DNA of 64,000 nt from Sumerlaeia bacterium (GTDB lineage: Bacteria > Sumerlaeota > Sumerlaeia > SLMS01 > JAHLLQ01), in NCBI GenBank assembly GCA_040219255.1, contig JAVJSW010000068.1:256001-320000 (forward strand), read 5' to 3'. The notes beneath the pieces were generated by a model. It saw nothing but the letters and a program-made list of their open reading frames with translations, had not been told where the DNA came from and searched no databases. Below, in pieces: positions 55,968-64,000 of this stretch. Numbering within the stretch: the first letter of the stretch is position 1; the number at the start of each line of letters is the position of its first letter. The position numbers and the translations under genes were made by a program.

Positions 55968-56047
55968 TTCCTTACTTCTCCATTAATCGTGGAGCACAGG
56001 CGCTGAGTTGTCCAGCTTGATCACCGCCAGACCAGTGCCGCCCTCTA

Positions 56048-56470
56048 TTAGTCCTGTGGTTCACATCGGGGGCTCTTTGTGTTATGTCCCCAGCCACTCT
56101 GGCCGTTGGCGTTGGCCCAGAGGCCCGTGGCCCAGTTGTCCATCACGTTGCCGAAGGCGTCCTTGTACACTTCGCGCGAGAAGGCGCCGCTCGGGTTCGT
56201 GACGGTCATGACCGAGCCGACCTGGTCGTAGTGGAACCACGAGTCGGTGACGGCCGGCAGGGCAGCGACGGCGGGCTGGATAACGCGGTTGCGCAGGATG
56301 TGGGCGATGCTGCCGGGGCCGATGACGTTGTGCTCGACGGTGACGGCGTTCGAGAGGCGGACGTCGTCCATATACAGGACCGGGTCGTAGGATTGAGGCC
56401 GGACCACAAGCCCATCGGTATCGACCCAGGTTTCGGAGGAATAGGCTTCGAAATCGGCGGCGACGTCGCG
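56048..56470 (-). pseudogene. Upstream Rhs core fragment
   Basis: WFHYDQVGSV..VTN.SG......DAFG...GWGHNTK; 5' end missing. Confidence 0.75.
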
Positions 56471-56568
56471 GGGCGGCGGTTTGTGCGGGCGGCAACTCGG
56501 CATGCGTCGTTTCCGGGGTGGGACGTTGGGGATGATTATGCGCGGCGGGGGGGGCGTTGCCAATAGGT

Positions 56569-56658
56569 TTCCGCGTGAACGCGGGACTACGAACACCCCG
56601 CCCCTCCCCTCCAAAAACACCTTGCCGTTCTTCGCCCCGCCTTTCAGGCGTGGGGGAC
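56569..56658. repeat. REP-like palindromes
   Basis: TTCCGCGTGAACGCGGGACTACGAAC (56569-56594) and CCCCGCCTTTCAGGCGTGGGG (~56635-56657). Confidence 0.6.
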
Positions 56659-56737
56659 GTTATTGCGAGACTTTGTCCGGGAAGCCCATACGCCCATGTT
56701 CCGCCGCCGCCGATCCGATACTCCGACGACTGCTTTG

Positions 56738-59317
56738 ATGCCGCATTGGCGCGGGGAGGAGCTTGAGGAGACGGGGGAGGTGGCTGGCTCGGCGGTGTCT
56801 GCGGAGGACGCGTGGCGGCCGGGGTTTGGGAATTTGGTGGCTCGGGGGGTTTGGTGGATTGGGGCGATGGTGATTTGTGCGGGGTTGACGGCGGCGGGGG
56901 CGGCGACGGGGGGGATGGCGGCTTGGTTGTTGGAGGGCCCGATGATTCGGGAGGTGGTGGAATACCGGCCGCCGGAGACGACAGTGCTGCTGGATCGGGA
57001 GGGGGCGGTGATGGCGACGTTGGCGACGGAGCGGCGGACGGTGATTGGGCTGCGCGAACTGCCGAGTTATCTGCCGGAGGCCTTTATCGCGATCGAGGAT
57101 ACGAATTTCGCCTATCACATCGGGGTGGACCCGCGGGGGATCGTGCGGGCGGCGGTGATCAACGCGGTGGAGGGCCGGGCGGCGCAGGGGGCGAGCACGA
57201 TCACGCAGCAGTTGCCGCGCAATCTGCTGGAGTGGGTGGGGCGCGAGAAGACGATCCGGCGCAAGGCGCTGGAGGCGTTGGTGGCGCTGCGGATGGAGCG
57301 GCTGTATGCGAAGGATCAGATCCTGGAGGTGTACCTGAATCAGATTTATCTGGGGTCGGGGAATTACGGGGTCGAGGCGGCGGCGCAGGCGTATTTCGGC
57401 AAGAGCGCGGCGGAGGTGTCGCTGGCTGAGGCGGCCCTGCTGGGCGGTTTGCCTCAGTTGCCCGAGGTGTATTCGCCGCTGAACAATCCGGACCGGGCGC
57501 GCGAGCGTCGCGATGTGGTGCTGGCGCGGATGGAGGAGCTGGGGTGGATCACGGCGAAGGAGTACGGCGAGGCGGTGGCGGCTCCCGTGGTGCCGGAGGA
57601 GGGGCTGGAGCGGCCGCAGCGTCAAGCGGACGGGGGGTTTTTCCTGGACGGGGTGCGGCAGCAGTTGCGGGCGGACGCTCGCGTACCCGCCGGGGCATTG
57701 CGGGCGGCGGGTTGGCGCGTGGAAACGACGATGGACCCCGCAGCGCAATCGCTGGCGGAGGGCATCCTGGCGGAGGGGTTGGAGGAGGAAGAGGGGCATT
57801 GGCTGGACGAGCGGCCGGAACGTTGGCGCCGGGCGCAGGCGGAGGGCGAGCAGCCGCGGCCGGAGAAGGGCGTCGTGGTGATGGCGGAGGTATTGCGGGT
57901 GTACGACGATTCGGGCGGGGGGCGGTCCTTCGCGGTGGAGCTGGCGACGGGGCAGCGGGCGACGCTCTCTGTGCCCGCGGCGACGGCGGGGTATTTCGAG
58001 GCGGTGGAGCCGGGCGACGGCGTGGATGTGGAAGTGACGGCGGCTCCGGAGGCGGGGTCGCGTTTGTTTCAGGGGCGCTTGCTGCCGGTGCACCGGTTGC
58101 AGGGCGCCCTGGTGGCGATGGACGCGGCATCGGGCGAGGTGCTGGCGCTGGCGGGCGGGCGGCGCTGGGGCGACCGGGCGAACGGGGGCTATTTCAACCG
58201 GGCGACGCGGGCGAAGAGGCAGGTGGGCTCGACGATCAAGCCCCTGGTTTTCGCCGCCGCCATGGAGGCGGGCTATACGCCGGCAAACGTGATCGACGAT
58301 GCGCCGCTGCGGTTCGCCGACGGGTACGAGCCGCTGAATTTCGAGCGGCGGTTCTTCGGGCCGACGACTTTGCAGGAGGCTCTCGAGCAGAGCCGCAATG
58401 TGGTGACGGTGAAGCTGGCGCGCGAGGTGGGACTGGAGTCCATCGTTCGGGGCGTCGAGGCCTTCGATACGAGCGCCGCGCTGGGCAACGCGGCGTGGGA
58501 CCTGCCGCGCTATTACCCGGTGGTGCTGGGCAGCGAGAACGCGACGCCGCTGGAGATGGCGGCGGCCTATGCGCCGCTGGCGAATGGCGGGATGAGGGTC
58601 GAGCCGAGCCTGTGGCGCCGCGTGCGGATCGACACGGGCCAGGTGATCGAGGCGGAGGGCGCGGCGCCGAGGCGGCTGCTCTCGGCCCGCGCCGCCGCCC
58701 ACATGGTCCAGATGATGGCAGGAGTCATGAGCCATGGCAGCGGCCGCATGGCGCGCGGGTACTTGCCGCCGGAGCTGCGCAATGCCTGCGGAGGCAAGAG
58801 CGGCACGACCAACGACACGAAGGATTCGTGGTTCGTGGGCTTCGCCCCCGGTCGCGATGGGCCGATCACGGTGGCGGTCTGGATCGGTTTCGACCACCCG
58901 CTGCCGCTCGGCCCGCATCGGACCGGCGGACGGTCGGCGGGGCCGATCTGGGGGCAGTTCGTGGCGGCGTACTGGCGGGCCGTGGCGCCCATCGCCACGC
59001 GCGAGCCCCGGTTGCCCCTGCCCGCGGGTTGGGAAGCGGTGCCCATCGACGAAGACACCGGCTATCGCGCGGAAGTGGCCGGTGCCGGAGACAGCGTCAA
59101 ATGGCACGTGTACCCGGCCGGCACCGCCCCCGGCCTGGCCCCGCCGCCCGCTCCCGAGCCCCTGCCGGTGTACGGCCCGGGCGGCCTGGAGGGCCTGATC
59201 GTGGACGGCGTGGTGGTGCCGGCGGAGGCGTTGACGACGGAGACGCTGCGGGCGTTCGCTCCGGCGGGCGATGGGGTGACGACGGGCGGGTTGGTGGTGC
59301 CTCGGGGGGATGGGTGA
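56738..59317 (+). CDS. Class A penicillin-binding protein (PBP1A family)
   Basis: EDTNF..H.G, GASTITQQL, RK..E transglycosylase motifs; STIK, SRN, KSG transpeptidase motifs; start uncertain. Confidence 0.92.
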   Translation: MPHWRGEELEETGEVAGSAVSAEDAWRPGFGNLVARGVWWIGAMVICAGLTAAGAATGGMAAWLLEGPMIREVVEYRPPETTVLLDREGAVMATLATERRTVIGLRELPSYLPEAFIAIEDTNFAYHIGVDPRGIVRAAVINAVEGRAAQGASTITQQLPRNLLEWVGREKTIRRKALEALVALRMERLYAKDQILEVYLNQIYLGSGNYGVEAAAQAYFGKSAAEVSLAEAALLGGLPQLPEVYSPLNNPDRARERRDVVLARMEELGWITAKEYGEAVAAPVVPEEGLERPQRQADGGFFLDGVRQQLRADARVPAGALRAAGWRVETTMDPAAQSLAEGILAEGLEEEEGHWLDERPERWRRAQAEGEQPRPEKGVVVMAEVLRVYDDSGGGRSFAVELATGQRATLSVPAATAGYFEAVEPGDGVDVEVTAAPEAGSRLFQGRLLPVHRLQGALVAMDAASGEVLALAGGRRWGDRANGGYFNRATRAKRQVGSTIKPLVFAAAMEAGYTPANVIDDAPLRFADGYEPLNFERRFFGPTTLQEALEQSRNVVTVKLAREVGLESIVRGVEAFDTSAALGNAAWDLPRYYPVVLGSENATPLEMAAAYAPLANGGMRVEPSLWRRVRIDTGQVIEAEGAAPRRLLSARAAAHMVQMMAGVMSHGSGRMARGYLPPELRNACGGKSGTTNDTKDSWFVGFAPGRDGPITVAVWIGFDHPLPLGPHRTGGRSAGPIWGQFVAAYWRAVAPIATREPRLPLPAGWEAVPIDEDTGYRAEVAGAGDSVKWHVYPAGTAPGLAPPPAPEPLPVYGPGGLEGLIVDGVVVPAEALTTETLRAFAPAGDGVTTGGLVVPRGDG

Positions 59318-59358
59318 GGGGGTGAGGATACCTTTCATACCGCAACCAAGATTAGTAA

Positions 59359-62300
59359 TTAATCCAAGATCCTCGCTCGAATCTCTAAATTGTCTGCTTC
59401 CATTCGAATCGGATGTAGGCTGACATGTTCATTCACTATGTAATTGTCGTTTCCCTGGACAAAAGCCCAGGCAAAGAACTGCGTCTGGATAGGATCTCTA
59501 ACTTCTGCCGAAGTCATTGGTATCCTCCTGTTTAGCGACTCAGGACCCCACTCGTTCTGTACAATCCCGTTGGTCAGATAGGCCATTCTGGGAATGCCAT
59601 GCTCATCAAGGACAAGCCGAGAGCCAGAATTCATCGCCAAGTCGCCTTCGAAACGTGGGTCCCAATCGTAGAGTTTCCTTATAGGAAAATCCAACTCTTC
59701 TGAACCGAAATAAAATTCAAATTCATCCATCCAGCAGCCTCCGAAGGTGGACCCCCAGTTAACCGGTATGCCGGAGGGATCGTAGAAGTCGAAGCTCCTC
59801 ACATTAAGTATATCAGAAAATCCCATGGCGCCAGAATAACTAGAGGAGATCCATTGGTTGGGATCATCCCTATGTGTGGTGCTGTAAACATAGGGAAACT
59901 TATGCACCACCCAAAGGTTTTGCCCCCATTCGGAGTAGGGTTCGGGGGTCTGTTGGAAAAGGCCGGGGTCCTTTATAAGAAGATCAAGTTTTACTTCAAA
60001 GCTCTTGACTGCCGCAAAATCAAAAGGCCAGCCCCAGGATATTGTCTGCTCGCCCGTGGTGAGTCTGCCAGTTTCAAAGACATAGGGAGCCGTCGTAGCA
60101 AACACAAGCTTCCCGTTTTCGATCGTAATGGTTCCACCGAAATCTGGAACGCCTGCTGGCATATAGGTCTGTGCCACTGACGCATAGGACATAGTAAAAG
60201 CAGGGTCGGAAAAGTCGTCAACCCAAAGGATGTCATAAAATATTTTCACCCTCCAACCATTTCCCCAGTGAGCGTCTATTGTCCCTTCGTCATCAAAAAA
60301 ACTTACTCTGAAATCATGCTTGGCGTCGGAGGGGATAGTGATGTCGAATTGCCACTCATCGCCGGTCCACGTGCCAGCTACCTCATGAACAGCCTCTTGA
60401 GACAAGTCCTTCTTGAACAGGAATCGCGCCATTACCTCCGGAGAGTTCTCTAACGGTCTCTGTCTCGGATTGTAAAAGACATGAGCCTCTTCGCCTGCCG
60501 CGGGATTTTCTGGTTCACACTGGACGATATCAAGCTCAGAGCCTTTGTAAATTGATTGACTAATAATTGGACTGTGCTTCCCATCAAAGCTGAAAGCTTG
60601 GACAAAGAATGTTCTGTAGATCGATGTTCCGAATTGGGATTGGGAATAGCTCCATTCCTCTGCACCATCTGCGGGATACCATGATGATTGGTAGTCTTCG
60701 CTAACCAACACCTCGCTGATCGGTGCCCCTTTAGAACTGGCCTGGCCCGATATAGTAATCTCTCCGGATGGATACCACCACCAAGGTGTGATGATGGTAG
60801 ACTCGGGTGGTGAGGTTATAGTGACATCAACATCGGCCTTTGTTACCCGTCTCGATTCGACGCGACTTACTGCTCCCTCTTCGGTCCAAGCCCGCACTTC
60901 AATGAGGGTTGTGCTGTTGTCAATTAGATAGGGAACAATAAAATCCCAGGCATTTGTTCCAGAAGCTGCCTGCCAATTTCCCCCATTTATACCCCATTCG
61001 ACCAGCCTGATTGTACCCTCAAGGGCTTCGGCTGAACCAAAAAATCTCACGCTTGTTGTCGATAGAGGATACCAGGGGTCGACCTCTGGTGAGTCGATTG
61101 TCACCCGAACTCGAGGGGTGCCGCGCGTGATGATGCGTTTGACACTCGCAACATAGGGACCGTTCCCGAGCAGAGCCTGAACCTCAATCGTATTCACTCC
61201 CTCTTCTAGTTCTCCTGCGACGAAGCTCCAGGACGGAATAGGGCCCATATCGTGCCATCTCTTTGATCCAATGCGCCAACGAACATTCCCTAGTTCCTGA
61301 GCAGGAAAATTGGCAGTCCCATAAAAAACATACTGGGTAGTCTCGGCGGACAAGATGATGTCAGTTGAGGGATCAGCAATAAGTAAACCTGGAGACAGTT
61401 CCGTCCAAATCGGCTCGAACGCCAATTGAAAAGTATTGGATTCCAGTTGTTTTATGATTGGCAAAGGTGGTTTCAAGTCAAGGCCCGCCAGATTATCCAA
61501 CGCCGTCAGCGTATAGTCCCCCAGCGGCATTTCCTCGACCAGGCTGCGGGTGCCTTGGCCTTCAAGGCGGTAGCCTCCGGGGCCGGTGAGGATCCAGGCG
61601 CCTTCGTCGGGGGTGGGGGTGATGCGGATTTCCGGCGGGGTCGGTTGGTCGCCGGGCAGGTATTGGCCGGTCAGGGGGGCGATGCTGGCGCCTTCTAATG
61701 TGTAGGCCATGATGCGGGGTTTTTGCCAGCCCTCGATATCGTCGAAACCGATGAAGTAGCGCCCCGCCGGGATCCAGGGCAGGTCGCGGGTGGTGCCGGT
61801 GCCTTCGAGGAAGATGTGGCCGTTGGTCTCGCCGCCGCCGTCGATGCGCCAGCGGGCGATGGTCTCCACCTCGGCCGGTTTGATGACCACGTAAAGTTGC
61901 CCTTCCTTGCCCCGCCAGTTCAGGTGCCGCGTGACCCGTTCGTTGGGCGGAAGGGTGAAGGTATGCACCGCGGGGAAGGGCAGGTCCATCGACGGATCTT
62001 CGGTCAGTTCATGGGCCGTCAGGGTGCAGGCTCCGGGCGGTACGGAGGCGACGGTGCGCGTGCCGCGCCCTTCGAAGACAAAACCGCCGGAGGCCTCAAG
62101 GGTCCACCGGCCTTGGTAATCGTTGGTCACGACTTCGATGGTGCTCGATTCGCGGAAGACGCCGCGATAGGGCGTGCGCAGACCGTCGGCTGTGTTCACC
62201 AGGGTGAAGGAGAAGCCGTAGTCGCCGGCGGGCGCGGTGTCTTTGCGGGTGAAGGTGGCGGAGAGAACCGGCCCCGAGGCGTTCGACGACACCCCGACGT

Positions 62301-64000
62301 GGGGGTCGCCGCTCTCGATGCGGTAGGCGGCGGTGTCGGCTTCGGCGATGGTTTCCGCGCGGTGAAAGGTGCGGATCGAATCGAGGGTTTCGCTGCCGAG
62401 GAGGAACGTGGCGATTTTTTCGAGGACGCCGCTGACCCGGCTGATGGGTGCGGCGACTTCCGGCGGGCAATTGGTGCGCCGGGCGTTGACGCCAAAGCGT
62501 TTGGGTTCTCCAGAGGTCACGGCGATGGTCTTGGTCTCGGCGGCGGCGGCGCCCTTTTCGTCGAGCAGCGTCAGCACGTTGGATTCGGTGATGAACTCGT
62601 CATAGGCGGCCTCGAGCGCATCGATCAATTCGCTGACGTTGTAGATGAGGGCGGCGGTTGCCGCTACCAGACCCACAGTGCCCAGGCCGCCGGTGACCCC
62701 GGTGGTGGCGGTGAACGCGATGACCGCCTGATAGCTGCTGTAAGTCAAAATGGCGTAGCGCACGACGCGCTTGTGCACGGGGCGCAGGGCTTTCTGGTCA
62801 TCGGCCTCGCCCAAGAGTGCGTTCGCCTGAAGGAAGCGAAGAGTCGTCAGCGCTTCGTCCTCGCTCAGGGCGGAAACGGCGCCGCGTTCGCGTGCGAGAT
62901 CGGCGAGCGCCGCGCGCAGATCCGGCAGAGACGGATGCTGGGCGTCCGCGTTTTCGAGGTCGGCGAGGAGGGCCTCGATGGCGGCCATCATGGCGTCCAG
63001 CTCCGCCACCAGGGCGCCCTTCACATCGTCCACCGGCGGGGCTTCGGCGACTTCGATGGCCCGCACGACGCCTTCGCGGCCGGGCACGGCGATCGCCAGA
63101 TCGAAGGTGCCCGCAGGCGTGTCCGGCGGGATTGTGAACAGCGCCAGGCCATCGGGCGTCACGGGGAGATTGGCCGCCTCGCCCCGGAACTGCGCCACCA
63201 GGGTTGTGGCTCCATCGAGCGGCACCACCGACACAAAGGCCAGCACCTGGCCCGGCAGGTACGGCCCCGGCACCGTCGTCAGCACCAGCCCGTCGCTGCT
63301 GCCGTCATCCACGGGCGCCGTCCATCGGAACCCATCGTGGGCCAGCAGTTGGCCGTCCAGGGCGAGCAGTTCGAAAAGCAGATCGTGGGTTCCCGCCGCC
63401 AGCGGCACGGGCACGTCTCCGGAGGTCCAATCGACCACCGGCACCCGGCCCACCGAGGCCCTGAGGACCGAGTCCACGCCGACGGAGGCGCCTTCGGCTT
63501 CGGCGCGGAAGACGAAGGTGGCGGTGTCCTGGCCCGGAGCCAGCACCGCCGGCACGGGGCTGGTCGGCGTTTCTCCGACCGACAGCGCCGCCGGCAAGGC
63601 CTCGACATCGCGCACCACGTCGGCCGAGTCCACCTCGCCGTCGCGGTTGGCGTCCGGTCCCTGGGCCACGCACGGCAGGCTGGCGTTGTCCGACCAGCCC
63701 AGAACATAGCCCGCGATCACGTTCTCTGGAGCCGGAGCATGGATGGTAAAGGTCAGTTCCGCCGGCACCGCATAGGCGTCGCCCGAAAGCGAAGCGATCC
63801 CGGCCCCTTCGGCTTCGATCCGCAGCACATACGCGCCCGGTTCGCGGGTCACGGCGCACAGGAGCAGGCGCACTTCGCGCCCGTCGAGGAACTCCATCGG
63901 CACCACCGCCAAATCCACCGGCGCCCCATCGCGAGTCAGCGTCACGTCCTCGCGCCCCAGGCCCGTCACCTCCTGATCGAACAGTGCCGTGACATAGCCA
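59359..64000 (-). CDS. Large surface protein (5' end beyond window): dockerin-like repeat, helical hydrophobic module, Ig-like domains, AT-rich C-terminal region
   Basis: Open frame of more than 1536 aa; DANRDGEVDSADVV; VTIDSP/VTITSP Ig repeats; GC drops below ~61500. Confidence 0.8.
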   Translation of the reverse strand, partial: GYVTALFDQEVTGLGREDVTLTRDGAPVDLAVVPMEFLDGREVRLLLCAVTREPGAYVLRIEAEGAGIASLSGDAYAVPAELTFTIHAPAPENVIAGYVLGWSDNASLPCVAQGPDANRDGEVDSADVVRDVEALPAALSVGETPTSPVPAVLAPGQDTATFVFRAEAEGASVGVDSVLRASVGRVPVVDWTSGDVPVPLAAGTHDLLFELLALDGQLLAHDGFRWTAPVDDGSSDGLVLTTVPGPYLPGQVLAFVSVVPLDGATTLVAQFRGEAANLPVTPDGLALFTIPPDTPAGTFDLAIAVPGREGVVRAIEVAEAPPVDDVKGALVAELDAMMAAIEALLADLENADAQHPSLPDLRAALADLARERGAVSALSEDEALTTLRFLQANALLGEADDQKALRPVHKRVVRYAILTYSSYQAVIAFTATTGVTGGLGTVGLVAATAALIYNVSELIDALEAAYDEFITESNVLTLLDEKGAAAAETKTIAVTSGEPKRFGVNARRTNCPPEVAAPISRVSGVLEKIATFLLGSETLDSIRTFHRAETIAEADTAAYRIESGDPHVGVSSNASGPVLSATFTRKDTAPAGDYGFSFTLVNTADGLRTPYRGVFRESSTIEVVTNDYQGRWTLEASGGFVFEGRGTRTVASVPPGACTLTAHELTEDPSMDLPFPAVHTFTLPPNERVTRHLNWRGKEGQLYVVIKPAEVETIARWRIDGGGETNGHIFLEGTGTTRDLPWIPAGRYFIGFDDIEGWQKPRIMAYTLEGASIAPLTGQYLPGDQPTPPEIRITPTPDEGAWILTGPGGYRLEGQGTRSLVEEMPLGDYTLTALDNLAGLDLKPPLPIIKQLESNTFQLAFEPIWTELSPGLLIADPSTDIILSAETTQYVFYGTANFPAQELGNVRWRIGSKRWHDMGPIPSWSFVAGELEEGVNTIEVQALLGNGPYVASVKRIITRGTPRVRVTIDSPEVDPWYPLSTTSVRFFGSAEALEGTIRLVEWGINGGNWQAASGTNAWDFIVPYLIDNSTTLIEVRAWTEEGAVSRVESRRVTKADVDVTITSPPESTIITPWWWYPSGEITISGQASSKGAPISEVLVSEDYQSSWYPADGAEEWSYSQSQFGTSIYRTFFVQAFSFDGKHSPIISQSIYKGSELDIVQCEPENPAAGEEAHVFYNPRQRPLENSPEVMARFLFKKDLSQEAVHEVAGTWTGDEWQFDITIPSDAKHDFRVSFFDDEGTIDAHWGNGWRVKIFYDILWVDDFSDPAFTMSYASVAQTYMPAGVPDFGGTITIENGKLVFATTAPYVFETGRLTTGEQTISWGWPFDFAAVKSFEVKLDLLIKDPGLFQQTPEPYSEWGQNLWVVHKFPYVYSTTHRDDPNQWISSSYSGAMGFSDILNVRSFDFYDPSGIPVNWGSTFGGCWMDEFEFYFGSEELDFPIRKLYDWDPRFEGDLAMNSGSRLVLDEHGIPRMAYLTNGIVQNEWGPESLNRRIPMTSAEVRDPIQTQFFAWAFVQGNDNYIVNEHVSLHPIRMEADNLEIRARILD

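Noticed and set aside
53661-56470. Intact prophage or integrative element
   Set aside because: The integrase is truncated and no att repeats or phage/conjugation genes were seen; treated as a decayed island
56660-59338. 892-aa minus-strand and 593-aa alternate-frame ORFs
   Set aside because: Shadows of the PBP1A gene

Overview
GC-rich bacterial chromosomal window. The taxon is inferred, not proven: single dockerin-like repeats, a C-terminal 'V-x-x-W-x-x-F' tail and giant surface proteins suggest Candidatus Sumerlaeota/BRC1 or a similar diderm lineage. Housekeeping and metabolic genes include folC, tgt, yicC, a pilC/gspF homologue, a SMUG1 glycosylase, lepA, bioY and a class A PBP. They are interleaved with many secreted multidomain proteins, several families of dispersed palindromic or MITE-like repeats, and AT-rich cassettes set in GC-rich frames. 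The most notable locus is 23.9-27.1 kb: two tandem RlaP/YcgL-type nucleotidyltransferases, then a candidate leader-peptide attenuator, then a dense non-coding array. The array holds a short-variable-arm tRNA-Leu(CAG) enclosed by an inverted REP pair, a 162-nt rod-shaped RNA, further hairpins and an Asn-like tRNA with a 9-nt anticodon loop. This may be a translation-stress or RNA-repair module. Other highlights are a secreted animal-type peptidylarginine deiminase, a 13-Cys secreted peptide paired with a membrane-anchored partner, tandem beta-helix paralogues with divergent middles, a decayed integrase/Rhs toxin island, and an unannotated 54-aa membrane protein coupled to lepA. Start codons were trimmed by eye from the ORF track, and all family calls rest on recognised motifs, not database searches.
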